From Aquificaceae bacterium (GTDB taxonomy: Bacteria; Aquificota; Aquificia; Aquificales; Aquificaceae): DNA of 64,000 nucleotides. Position 1 is the first letter of the stretch. Every line of letters starts with the position of its first letter. The stretch spans positions 1 to 64,000 of the forward strand of contig JBEPZX010000003.1 in assembly GCA_041640635.1 (NCBI GenBank), read 5' to 3'. Made by a program: the position numbers and the translations under genes. Shown in pieces: positions 41,493 to 50,774 of the stretch. Under the pieces are notes generated by a model that saw only the letters and a program-made list of their open reading frames with translations, was not told where the DNA came from and did no database searches.

Positions 41493-42575
41493 TTATGTAG
41501 AAATAACCTTGAGTACCCTCTCAATACCTTCCTTCAGTTCCACTTTGGGTCTCCATCCAAGGGAAAAGAGCTTGGAAACGTCCAAAAGCTTTCGAGGTGT
41601 CCCATCGGGTTTTGTTCTGTCAAACTTAATATCACCCTCAAAGCCTACAATCTCCTTTATAAGTATCGCCAAGTCCTTTATCTTTATGTCTTCTCCACAC
41701 CCTACGTTGATAAAGTAATCAAATAGAGAAAGCCTTAAAAAGTCCTTTGCATCTAAGTTCTCCATCACAAACAAACTGGCATCAGCCATATCGTCCACAT
41801 GCAAAAACTCCCTGTATACTTCACCCGTTCCCCAAAGGTATACGTAATCTTTTGTAACTCCTACGTAAGAGAGAACCTTTTGGATGGATTCTTTGTCTTG
41901 CAAATCCACCTTTTCATCCAGTCCAAAACCTATCTTATACTTTTGTATATTTTGGACTACCTTTTCCCAATTACCTTTCCTCAGCAGTTTGGCAAGGTAA
42001 AACTTCCTTATAAGAGCCGGTAGAACGTGGGATGTTTCAAAGTTGAAGTTGTCCCTCTCTCCGTAAAGATTGGTGGGCATCACGGATACGAAGTTGGTTC
42101 CATACTGTTCGTTGTAGTATCTACACAGTTTTATGGCAGATATCTTTGCTATGGCATAGGGTTCGTTTGTCGGTTCAAGGGTAGAGGTGAGGAGATACTC
42201 TTCCTTCATAGGTTGTGGGCTGTGTTTGGGGTATATGCACGATGAGCCAAGGTTTAAAAGCTTCTTAACACCATACTTGTAAGCTGAGTGTATAACATTT
42301 AAGGCGATAGCCATATTGTCGTATATGAACTCCGCTTTGTAGGTGTTGTTTGCCAATATGCCTCCCACCTTTGCGGCACACAAGAAAACCCAATCAGGTC
42401 TTTCCTTTTCGAAAAACTCTTCCACACCCTTTTGTCTTCTCAAATCAAGCTCTTTGCTGGTGCGTGTGACTATGTTTGTGTAGCCTCTCTCTTTGAGCAG
42501 CTTCAGGATTGTTGAACCTACAAGCCCCGTGTGTCCTGCAACGTAAATTTTTAGAGAGTTTTTATCAACCATCAC
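41493..42575 (-). CDS. fcl: GDP-L-fucose synthase
   Basis: [49 protein letters not shown] and KPDGTPRK motifs. Confidence 0.95.
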   Translation of the reverse strand: MMVDKNSLKIYVAGHTGLVGSTILKLLKERGYTNIVTRTSKELDLRRQKGVEEFFEKERPDWVFLCAAKVGGILANNTYKAEFIYDNMAIALNVIHSAYKYGVKKLLNLGSSCIYPKHSPQPMKEEYLLTSTLEPTNEPYAIAKISAIKLCRYYNEQYGTNFVSVMPTNLYGERDNFNFETSHVLPALIRKFYLAKLLRKGNWEKVVQNIQKYKIGFGLDEKVDLQDKESIQKVLSYVGVTKDYVYLWGTGEVYREFLHVDDMADASLFVMENLDAKDFLRLSLFDYFINVGCGEDIKIKDLAILIKEIVGFEGDIKFDRTKPDGTPRKLLDVSKLFSLGWRPKVELKEGIERVLKVIST

Positions 42576-43717
42576 TCTGTCCTCGATACAAAGGTGTATT
42601 GGTGTTCAGTATAACAAAAGCCCTTTTCTGTGCACACCTGTATGCCTTTACCAACTGGCTCAAGCCCCGCAAGTTTTAGATCATAATCCACCATTATCAT
42701 CACAAGCTCTTCAAAACTTACCCTTGGTTCCCATCCAAGTTTCTTCTTAGCCTTTGAAGCATCCGCCAAAAGGTGTTCTACCTCTGTAGGTCTAAAGTAT
42801 CTTGGGTCTATCTCTATCACAACATCACCTACTTTTAAGTCCGTGTTCCAGCGACTGTCTATGCTTTTTACGATGGCTACTTCTTCTAAGCCTTCTCCTC
42901 TCCACTCAAGTTCTATTCCAGCGTAGTTGAAGGCTAAATTGACAAACTCCTTTACGGAGTGGCTTTCACCTGTGCCTATTACGTAATCGTCTGGCTTGTC
43001 CTGTTGAAGCATCAACCACTGGCATTCCACATACTCAGGTGCAAAGCCCCAGTCCCTTTTGGCGTAAAGGTTACCAAGGTATAGTTTCTTTTGCTTGCCT
43101 GCTAATATATTGGCTATAGCTCTGCTCACTTTACGTGTTACAAAGGTCTCTCCTCTACGAGGTGACTCGTGATTAAAGAGGATGCCGTTACACGCAAACA
43201 AGCCATAAGCTTGTCTGTAATTTACTGTCATCCAGTAAGCGTAAACCTTTGCTGCCGCATACGGGCTTTGAGGTCTAAAGGGTGTGTTTTCGTTTTGGGG
43301 TGGTGGGGATGCACCAAACATTTCGGAAGAGGAAGCTTGATAAAACTTTGTTTTTATACCGCTTCTTCTTATAGCTTCTAAGATTCTCGTGGTTCCAAGT
43401 CCCGTTATGTCTCCAGTATACTCTGGCATATCGAAGCTTACACGCACGTGACTTTGAGCTCCAAGGTGGTATATTTCATCAGGTTGTATGTTGTATATAA
43501 GGTTTGTAAGCGTTCCAGAATCGGACAGATCACCGTAATGCAAAAACAACCTAGCACCGGGTGTGTGAGGGTCTGTGTAGATATGGTCTATCCTTCCTGT
43601 GTTGAAAGTGCTTGCCCTTCTTATGAGACCGTGAACTTGGTAACCTTTGGAGAGCAAAAACTCCGCAAGGTAAGAACCATCCTGGCCAGTAATGCCTGTT
43701 ATAAGCGCTCGTTTCAT
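42572..43717 (-). CDS. gmd: GDP-mannose 4,6-dehydratase
   Basis: [43 protein letters not shown] and RPTEV motifs. Confidence 0.97.
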   Translation of the reverse strand: MKRALITGITGQDGSYLAEFLLSKGYQVHGLIRRASTFNTGRIDHIYTDPHTPGARLFLHYGDLSDSGTLTNLIYNIQPDEIYHLGAQSHVRVSFDMPEYTGDITGLGTTRILEAIRRSGIKTKFYQASSSEMFGASPPPQNENTPFRPQSPYAAAKVYAYWMTVNYRQAYGLFACNGILFNHESPRRGETFVTRKVSRAIANILAGKQKKLYLGNLYAKRDWGFAPEYVECQWLMLQQDKPDDYVIGTGESHSVKEFVNLAFNYAGIELEWRGEGLEEVAIVKSIDSRWNTDLKVGDVVIEIDPRYFRPTEVEHLLADASKAKKKLGWEPRVSFEELVMIMVDYDLKLAGLEPVGKGIQVCTEKGFCYTEHQYTFVSRTE

Positions 43718-43742
43718 CAGTAATTAATGTATCATATTTCCA

Positions 43743-43910
43743 ATGGAAGACATAAAAATTTCAGTAATCACTGCAACATACAACGCGCAAAAATATTTGC
43801 CTAGGCTAATAGAATCTCTGGAGAACCAAACGGACAAGGACTTTGAGTGGGTGGTAGCAGATGGTTCATACATTGTGATACATAAGTGTGGTTGGAAAGA
43901 TAATTTATGA
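43743..43910 (+). pseudogene. truncated glycosyltransferase family 2 (N-terminal fragment)
   Basis: Not in the ORF track; translates MEDIKISVITATYNAQKYLPRLIESLENQTDKDFEWVVADGS, then unrelated sequence and a stop (55 aa). Confidence 0.8.
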
Positions 43911-43999
43911 TGTATAATTTTAACACTTTTGATGGAGTATAGTCTTAAGAAAACAAAGGAAGCTATAACCTTTAAATCTAAAGACAAAAGGAGTTGCAC

Positions 44000-45301
44000 A
44001 TGGATATCCTTGAAAAAATAAGATCGCGTCAAGCAAAGGTTGGCATCATTGGTCTTGGATATGTAGGATTGCCTTTGGTGATCGAGTTTAGCAGAGCGGG
44101 CTTTAGTGTAACGGGTTTTGACATTGACCAAGAAAAGGTAAACACTCTAAGAAGTGGGAAAAGCTACATAAAGCACATTCCTTCTGAGGTAATTAGAGAT
44201 CTCAAAAACTTCACTCCAACCACTGACTTTTCCAAGCTAAGCGATATGGATTGTATAATTATATGCGTCCCTACCCCACTTAACGAGCACAGAGAGCCTG
44301 ACATGTCCTACGTTTTCAATACAGCCAGAACCATCGCAAGGTATCTTCGCAAAGGTCAATTGGTGGTCTTAGAGTCTACCACTTACCCCGGCACCACCGA
44401 CGAAGATTTGAGAGCTATCCTCGAAGAATCGGGGCTCAAAGCTGGTGTTGACTTTTACCTTGCATACTCTCCTGAACGAGAGGACCCCGGAAACAAAGAT
44501 TTCACAACTAGAAAAATTCCAAAGGTTGTGGGAGGGTTTACACCAAAATGTCTGGAGATAGCAAACACGCTTTACAGTCAGATTGTGGAAAAAACAGTTC
44601 CCGTCTCTTCGACCAAGGTGGCAGAGGCTACGAAGCTTTTGGAGAACATATACAGAGCGGTTAATATAGCCTTGGTTAACGAGCTTAAGATGCTCTTTGA
44701 TAGGATGGGTATAGATATATGGGAGGTTATAGAAGCCGCCAAGACCAAGCCCTTTGGTTTTCAAGCTTTCTATCCAGGTCCAGGTTTAGGTGGGCATTGC
44801 ATACCCGTGGATCCTTTTTATCTGACATGGAAGGCAAGGGAATATGACTTTTCTACGAAGTTTATCGAGCTTGCCGGAGAGATAAACACATACATGCCTT
44901 ACTATGTGGTGCAAAAAACCATAGAGGCTCTAAATCAAAGGGGTAAAGGCATCGTAGGTTCCAAAGTTCTCATTTTAGGTTTAGCTTACAAAAGGGATGT
45001 GGACGATGTAAGGGAATCGCCGTCTTTTAAACTTATGGAGATTTTGGAGAAAAAAGGTGCTCATGTGGACTACAACGACCCTTACTTCCCAACCTTTCCA
45101 AAAACTCGAAGGTATAAGTTCCACAAAGTTTCTGTGCCGTTGACGGCGGAAAATCTAAAAGCGTACGACTGTGTAATTGTTTCAACGGACCATTCCCTAT
45201 ACGATCCAGACTTTATCGTTCAAAACGCTCAGCTCGTTGTGGACACAAGAAACCTAATTAAGAATGCATCCAACTATCCTGATAAGGTAGTAAAGGCATG
45301 A
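44000..45301 (+). CDS. UDP-N-acetylglucosamine 6-dehydrogenase (WbpA-like nucleotide-sugar dehydrogenase)
   Basis: [38 protein letters not shown] and DVRESP motifs; AGGAG SD before ATG 44000. Confidence 0.92.
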   Translation: MDILEKIRSRQAKVGIIGLGYVGLPLVIEFSRAGFSVTGFDIDQEKVNTLRSGKSYIKHIPSEVIRDLKNFTPTTDFSKLSDMDCIIICVPTPLNEHREPDMSYVFNTARTIARYLRKGQLVVLESTTYPGTTDEDLRAILEESGLKAGVDFYLAYSPEREDPGNKDFTTRKIPKVVGGFTPKCLEIANTLYSQIVEKTVPVSSTKVAEATKLLENIYRAVNIALVNELKMLFDRMGIDIWEVIEAAKTKPFGFQAFYPGPGLGGHCIPVDPFYLTWKAREYDFSTKFIELAGEINTYMPYYVVQKTIEALNQRGKGIVGSKVLILGLAYKRDVDDVRESPSFKLMEILEKKGAHVDYNDPYFPTFPKTRRYKFHKVSVPLTAENLKAYDCVIVSTDHSLYDPDFIVQNAQLVVDTRNLIKNASNYPDKVVKA

Positions 45302-46875
45302 AAGGAGCAAGCAAGAGGTTTGTTGGTCTGGTTGGTATTGGATACTGGGGCAAAAACATACTTCGCAACCTATATGAGTTGGGGGTAATTCATACCGCCT
45401 GCGATTTCAACGAAAACACTATAGCCCAATACAAAACATCCTATTCAGATATACACTATACAACCTCTTTTGACCACCTGCTAGACACGCCGGAGATTAC
45501 CGCAATAGTAATCGCAACGCCTGCAGCTACTCATTACGAACTTGCGAAGAAGGCTTTGCTTAAGGATAAAGACGTATTTGTAGAAAAACCACTCGCCTTA
45601 AACGTCAAAGAAGGACAGGAGCTTGTCCAAATTGCAAGAGAAAAAGGCAGAGTTTTAATGGTTGGTCACATACTTCAGTATCACCCTGCTGTAATAAAGC
45701 TCAAGGAGCTTATAGACAGCGGAGAACTTGGAAAGATACAGTACATCTACTCAAACAGGTTAAACATAGGTAAGCTAAGAACTGAGGAGAATATACTCTG
45801 GAGCTTTGCACCTCACGATATTTCTGTGATCCTCATGCTTGTTGGTGAAGAGCCTGTAAAGGTCAATGCCTTTGGTGGAGACTACTTAAACAATGGCATC
45901 CACGATATAACGATAACTACCCTGGAGTTCAAAAACAACGTAAAAGCTCACATCTTTGTCAGCTGGTTACATCCCTACAAAGAACAAAAACTGGTGGTGG
46001 TAGGTAACAAAGCGATGGCTGTTTTTGATGATGTGAGCAAGGAAAAACTCTTTATCTACCCTCACAGAATCGAATGGAAAAAGGGAAAAATTCCTGTTGC
46101 GCATAAAGCTGAGCATTACGTGGTTCCAGTCGAAGACAAGGAGCCCCTTAAAGAAGAACTAAAGCATTTCTTAGAGTGTGTAGAGAAGAGAAAAGAGCCC
46201 AAAACCAGCGGTGAAGAAGGGTTAAGAGTTCTAAGAATTCTAGAAACTGCGGAAGGTGTGATAAAGAAAGAAACCTTCTCAAAAGGATCGTTGGATAAAT
46301 CGTATTTTGTCCACGAGAGCTCCTATGTCGATGAAAACGTGGAAATTGGAGAAGGAACTAAAGTATGGCACTTTAGTCACATACTGAGTAACACAATAAT
46401 TGGGAAAAACTGCATAATTGGTCAGAATGTTATGATAGGACCCGATGTTACCATAGGGGACAGGTGCAAGATCCAAAACAATGTCTCCCTTTACAAAGGA
46501 GTGACGTTGGAGGATGATGTTTTTGTAGGTCCTTCTGCGGTTTTCACCAACGTTTACAACCCACGTGCCTTTATAGAAAGGAAAAAGGAGTTTTTGCCTA
46601 CAGTTGTTAAAAAGGGAGCAACCATAGGAGCAAACGCAACCATCGTATGCGGCGTAACCATCGGAAGGTATGCTCTGGTGGGTGCTGGTGCTGTTGTGAA
46701 AAGAGATGTTCCCGATTACGCCATAGTTGCTGGTGTGCCCGCAAGACAGATTGGTTGGGCATGCAAATGCGGTGTTACATTGAAGTTCAAAGACAACAAA
46801 GCTGTTTGTAGCTACTGCGGAAGTGAATATATGTTACAGGAGGGTAAAATAAAAGTTATTAAGGAGACATTATGA
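45298..46875 (+). CDS. fused Gfo/Idh/MocA dehydrogenase (WbpB-like) and hexapeptide N-acetyltransferase (WbpD-like)
   Basis: N-terminal GIGYWG, EKP and SFAPHD; C-terminal [29 protein letters not shown] and CKC...CSYC. Confidence 0.88.
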   Translation: MKGASKRFVGLVGIGYWGKNILRNLYELGVIHTACDFNENTIAQYKTSYSDIHYTTSFDHLLDTPEITAIVIATPAATHYELAKKALLKDKDVFVEKPLALNVKEGQELVQIAREKGRVLMVGHILQYHPAVIKLKELIDSGELGKIQYIYSNRLNIGKLRTEENILWSFAPHDISVILMLVGEEPVKVNAFGGDYLNNGIHDITITTLEFKNNVKAHIFVSWLHPYKEQKLVVVGNKAMAVFDDVSKEKLFIYPHRIEWKKGKIPVAHKAEHYVVPVEDKEPLKEELKHFLECVEKRKEPKTSGEEGLRVLRILETAEGVIKKETFSKGSLDKSYFVHESSYVDENVEIGEGTKVWHFSHILSNTIIGKNCIIGQNVMIGPDVTIGDRCKIQNNVSLYKGVTLEDDVFVGPSAVFTNVYNPRAFIERKKEFLPTVVKKGATIGANATIVCGVTIGRYALVGAGAVVKRDVPDYAIVAGVPARQIGWACKCGVTLKFKDNKAVCSYCGSEYMLQEGKIKVIKETL

Positions 46876-47126
46876 AGGTTAAAGCTACTATCAAGGGTGA
46901 TAGGATTAGTTTTTCTCAAATCGTAGTGTTCAAAAAGCCAGAGATTGAGGTGGAAATAGAGCTACCCGATGAAGATGTACTCTTATACTCTGAACAGGAT
47001 ATGGAAAGCATGCCCCTTATTCAACTTGCACACCTTATATGGGACAACTTGGAAGCTGGCGGAGAGCGAAGCAACAGAAACTACGGAGAGATACTAACGG
47101 ATATTCTCATGGAGAAAAGCACATGA
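46872..47126 (+). CDS. small acidic antitoxin-like protein
   Basis: 84 aa; AAGGAG SD at 46861-46866; ATGA overlaps on both sides; beta-rich N-terminus ([10 protein letters not shown]...EVEIEL) and helical C-terminus ([12 protein letters not shown]); directly upstream of a PIN domain. Confidence 0.6.
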   Translation: MKVKATIKGDRISFSQIVVFKKPEIEVEIELPDEDVLLYSEQDMESMPLIQLAHLIWDNLEAGGERSNRNYGEILTDILMEKST

Positions 47127-48709
47127 ACATACTGCTTGATTTGAACGTTGTCATAGACTTTTTAATACCAAAACGTAAAGGACACGAGCTATCAAAAAAG
47201 GTGCACCATATTATAATAGAACAAGGCTTTACATTGTGGATGTCAGCATCGAGTGTGAGTAATATTTGGTATATGCTTGCGGAAGAAGCAAGAAAATACG
47301 GAGCAAATCTTGATTACGTTAACCTCGAGTTTAAAAGATACGTACAGGATGTAAAGATCTTTTCCGTTACTGGATCAAGCGTTCGTGAAGCCATAAACTC
47401 CAATGTTAAGGATTTCGAAAACCACATCATCTACACCAACTTTAAAAGGATTGCACCTGATGGGCTGATAGTAAGCAACGACAAAAACTTTGGAAATTAC
47501 GACCATGTGTTAACACCACAGGAGTTTATAGATAGTTATGGAAGTTTGAGAAAAAGTACAGCCATTCCTCTGCTTGATCTAAAACAAGAGTACCGTTACA
47601 TGCTCGAGGATATAGATAATGCTCTTTTGAAAAACATAGCTGATGCCAAATACATCCTGGGACCAGAAGTAAGGGAATTGGAGCAAAAAATAGCCGAGTA
47701 TCTAGGAGTAAAACACTGCATAGGCTGTTCCTCTGGAACAGAGGCGTTGGTGCTGTCTCTGAGGGCTTTGGCTATAAAAACAAAGGGCAAGGAGTATTTT
47801 GATAGGACGGATAAAATCATAACCACACCTTTTACCTTTACAGCCACAGGGGATGCTATACTCAGAGCAGGAGCAACACCTGTTTTTGTGGACATAGACC
47901 CAAAGAGCTTTAACATAGATCCAGATAAGATAAGAAAGTATCTATCTATGCATTATAGATCCAACGGTTCCCGTGTGGTTGGCATAGTTCCCGTTCATCT
48001 CTATGGTCACCCGTGTCATATGGACCAGATAATGGAAATCGCCAGAGAGTACGATCTTTTTGTGGTTGAGGATGTGGCTCAGGCTTTCGGTGGTATGTGG
48101 AAAGGTCAAAAGCTTGGGTCCATCGGTCACACAGGAGCCTTTAGTTTCTTCCCATCTAAGAACTTAGGTGGCTTTGGTGACGGAGGCATGGTTGCAACCA
48201 AAGACGAGGAAATAGCAGAGCTTGTGAGAATGCTTATAAAGCACGGTGGTAAGGACAAATACAACGTAGAACACATAGGCTACAATGCGCGGCTTGACAC
48301 CATCCAGGCAGCTATACTTTTGGCAAAGCTAAAGCATATAGACGAGTTTAACCAAAGAAGAAGAAAGATAGCGCAAATCTACAACCAAAAGCTTGAAGGT
48401 CTAAATGTTGGCTTGCCCATCGTTGAAGACAGCAATGTATACCATGTGTATCACCAATACACCATAAGAGTCCCAGCTGATAAGAGGGATAAACTCCAAG
48501 GATACCTAAAGGCAAACAACGTAAGCACCATGGTTTATTACCCTGTGCCACTCCACAAGATGAAAGTGTTTGAGGGTAGGTGTGAGGCTATAGACATAAT
48601 TGAAGCGGAAGTCGCACCTAAGGAAGTTTTGAGCCTACCAATAGAGCCTTTGCTTACAGAAGAGGAAATTGACTTTGTGTGCACTGCCATAAGGGAGTTT
48701 GAATGGTAA
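47123..48709 (+). CDS. PIN (VapC-like) domain fused to a DegT/WbpE-type PLP aminotransferase
   Basis: GGAG SD at 47111-47114, ATG 47123; aa 1-137 carry ILLDLNVVIDFL, SASS, KDFEN, IVSND and VLTPQEF (PIN); from aa 148 IPLLDLKQEY, SSGTEAL, VHLYG, EDVAQ, SFFPSKNLG and YNARLD; 528 aa with no internal stop. Confidence 0.85.
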   Translation: MNILLDLNVVIDFLIPKRKGHELSKKVHHIIIEQGFTLWMSASSVSNIWYMLAEEARKYGANLDYVNLEFKRYVQDVKIFSVTGSSVREAINSNVKDFENHIIYTNFKRIAPDGLIVSNDKNFGNYDHVLTPQEFIDSYGSLRKSTAIPLLDLKQEYRYMLEDIDNALLKNIADAKYILGPEVRELEQKIAEYLGVKHCIGCSSGTEALVLSLRALAIKTKGKEYFDRTDKIITTPFTFTATGDAILRAGATPVFVDIDPKSFNIDPDKIRKYLSMHYRSNGSRVVGIVPVHLYGHPCHMDQIMEIAREYDLFVVEDVAQAFGGMWKGQKLGSIGHTGAFSFFPSKNLGGFGDGGMVATKDEEIAELVRMLIKHGGKDKYNVEHIGYNARLDTIQAAILLAKLKHIDEFNQRRRKIAQIYNQKLEGLNVGLPIVEDSNVYHVYHQYTIRVPADKRDKLQGYLKANNVSTMVYYPVPLHKMKVFEGRCEAIDIIEAEVAPKEVLSLPIEPLLTEEEIDFVCTAIREFEW

Positions 48710-49809
48710 AGGTTGCAAGTGTAGTTGGAGCAAGACCGCAATTTGTAAAGTTAAAACCCGTTGCCGATACGCTAGAAAGCACCGAAGTGGAGCACGTAAT
48801 TATCCACACAGGTCAACATTACGATTACGAGATGTCAAAGGTTTTCTTTCAAGAACTGAGCCTTCCGGAGCCAAAGTATAATTTAGACGTAGGTTCTGCC
48901 ACACATGGGAAGCAAACGGGAGAGATGCTACAGAGGATAGAAAAAGTTCTACTGGAAGAAAAACCAGACATAGTTTTGGTTTACGGGGACACGAACTCTA
49001 CTTTGGCAGGAGCTTTGGCAGCTGCCAAGATACACATACCTGTGGCTCATATCGAGGCAGGTCTCAGAAGCTACAACAAACGCATGCCGGAGGAGATCAA
49101 CAGAGTCCTCACAGACCACATTTCGGATATACTCTTTTGCCCCACACATAGAGCTGTGGAGAATCTAAAGAAAGAAGGCATAGAGAAAGGTGTGTATTTT
49201 GTGGGTGATGTTATGTACGATGCGGTGCTCCAATTTGGTGAAGTTGCCCAAAGAAAATCCCAGATACTCTTAAGATTGAATCTTGAACCAAAAGCTTACG
49301 CCTTGGCTACCGTGCACCGTGCGGAGAACACCGATGATTTAGGACGTCTCGAAAGGATATTTCTGGGACTGTCCAGACTTGCCCAAGAAGGACTAAAGGT
49401 GGTTGTACCTCTCCATCCAAGAACTCGAAAGGTGCTTTCATCTCTCAGTATATCTGGCACTTTTCACACAAACCCTTTGATCATTGAACCTGTATCTTAC
49501 TTGGATATGCTCATGCTTGAAAAAAACGCACGAGTTATTTTAACGGATTCGGGTGGTGTCCAAAAGGAAGCATACTTTTTCAGGGTTCCCTGTATCACTT
49601 TAAGGGAAGAAACCGAATGGGTAGAGACTGTGGAAACAGGCTGGAATGTTCTGGTGGGAGCTGACTCAGTTAGGATCATAAATGCGGCTCTGAATGCAAA
49701 ACCTGGCACAGAGTCTGAATTTCCATATGGAGATGGAAAGGTGGGGGAGAAGGTGGAGGGGGTTATAGTAAACACAAATTATAAGTTTCTGAGAGAGGTT
49801 TATCGATGA
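48703..49809 (+). CDS. wecB: UDP-N-acetylglucosamine 2-epimerase, non-hydrolysing (WecB/WbpI-like)
   Basis: GARPQFVK, HTGQHYD, GDTNST, HIEAGLRS, MPEEINR and TDSGGVQKEA motifs. Confidence 0.93.
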   Translation: MVKVASVVGARPQFVKLKPVADTLESTEVEHVIIHTGQHYDYEMSKVFFQELSLPEPKYNLDVGSATHGKQTGEMLQRIEKVLLEEKPDIVLVYGDTNSTLAGALAAAKIHIPVAHIEAGLRSYNKRMPEEINRVLTDHISDILFCPTHRAVENLKKEGIEKGVYFVGDVMYDAVLQFGEVAQRKSQILLRLNLEPKAYALATVHRAENTDDLGRLERIFLGLSRLAQEGLKVVVPLHPRTRKVLSSLSISGTFHTNPLIIEPVSYLDMLMLEKNARVILTDSGGVQKEAYFFRVPCITLREETEWVETVETGWNVLVGADSVRIINAALNAKPGTESEFPYGDGKVGEKVEGVIVNTNYKFLREVYR

Positions 49810-50774
49810 TAAAAGGGAAAAAATTTTTTATAACTGGTGGTGCAGGCTTTATTGGAAGCAATTTGATTAAGCGTTTAATTGATTACAACAAAATTGTTGT
49901 TTATGATCGCCTTTCTCGCAATGCCCTTGTAAATACAGATTTACTAACACATCCCAATTTAACTGTAATACGTGGAGATGTAATGGATTATGAATTTTTG
50001 AAAGAAAACGTGCCAAAGGATGTAGATGTAATTTTACACATGGCGGCGATTGCCGGTATAGATACAGTAATCAAGAATCCAGTGAATACAATGGAAGTTA
50101 ATATGATTGGAACTTACTTTATCTTAAAAGCTATCCAAGAACTGAACCTCACTGAAAAGATTGAGAGATTTGTTAACTTTTCGACAAGCGAAGTGTTTGG
50201 AATTAGTGCATTTCGAGTTGATGAAAAAACACCTACAAATCTGCAACCTGTTGGTGAAGCTCGCTGGACTTATGCTGTTAGTAAACTTGCAGGCGAGCAC
50301 TTAGTACATAGTTATCATAAACACTTTGGTCTTAGGAGTGTTAATATCCGCCCTTTCAATGTTTATGGTCCAGGACAGGTAGGTGAAGGGGCAATTCATC
50401 ATTTTGTCATACGTGCAATTAAGAATGAGCCTTTGATTATTCATGGAGATGGGGACCAGATTCGATCTTGGTGTTATATTGATGACATGGTAGATGGTAT
50501 TTTTCTTTGCTTAGAAAAAGAAGAAGCTATAGGCGAAGTATTCAATATAGGTAACCCTAAAGGAACCATTACAATTTTGGGATTGGCGGAGAAGATTATT
50601 CAATTGTGCAATTCATCTTCTCAAATCATCCACGTTCCTAAGAATTACGTAGACGTAGAACTTCGCATCCCAAGTATTGAGAAAGCCAAAAAGATATTAG
50701 GTTTTGAGCCAAAAATAGATCTCAACGAAGGCATTAAGAGGACAATACAATGGTACAGAAGCAAAATGTTGTAA
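49806..50774 (+). CDS. NAD-dependent epimerase/dehydratase/decarboxylase (extended SDR)
   Basis: TGGAGFIG, STSEVFG, RWTYAVSK, FNVYGP and GDGDQIRSWCY motifs. Confidence 0.9.
   Translation: MIKGKKFFITGGAGFIGSNLIKRLIDYNKIVVYDRLSRNALVNTDLLTHPNLTVIRGDVMDYEFLKENVPKDVDVILHMAAIAGIDTVIKNPVNTMEVNMIGTYFILKAIQELNLTEKIERFVNFSTSEVFGISAFRVDEKTPTNLQPVGEARWTYAVSKLAGEHLVHSYHKHFGLRSVNIRPFNVYGPGQVGEGAIHHFVIRAIKNEPLIIHGDGDQIRSWCYIDDMVDGIFLCLEKEEAIGEVFNIGNPKGTITILGLAEKIIQLCNSSSQIIHVPKNYVDVELRIPSIEKAKKILGFEPKIDLNEGIKRTIQWYRSKML

Noticed and set aside
47039..47122. Longer start for the PIN-aminotransferase ORF
   Set aside because: Lies inside the 84-aa gene; ATG 47123 has an SD, an ATGA overlap and begins the PIN motif.
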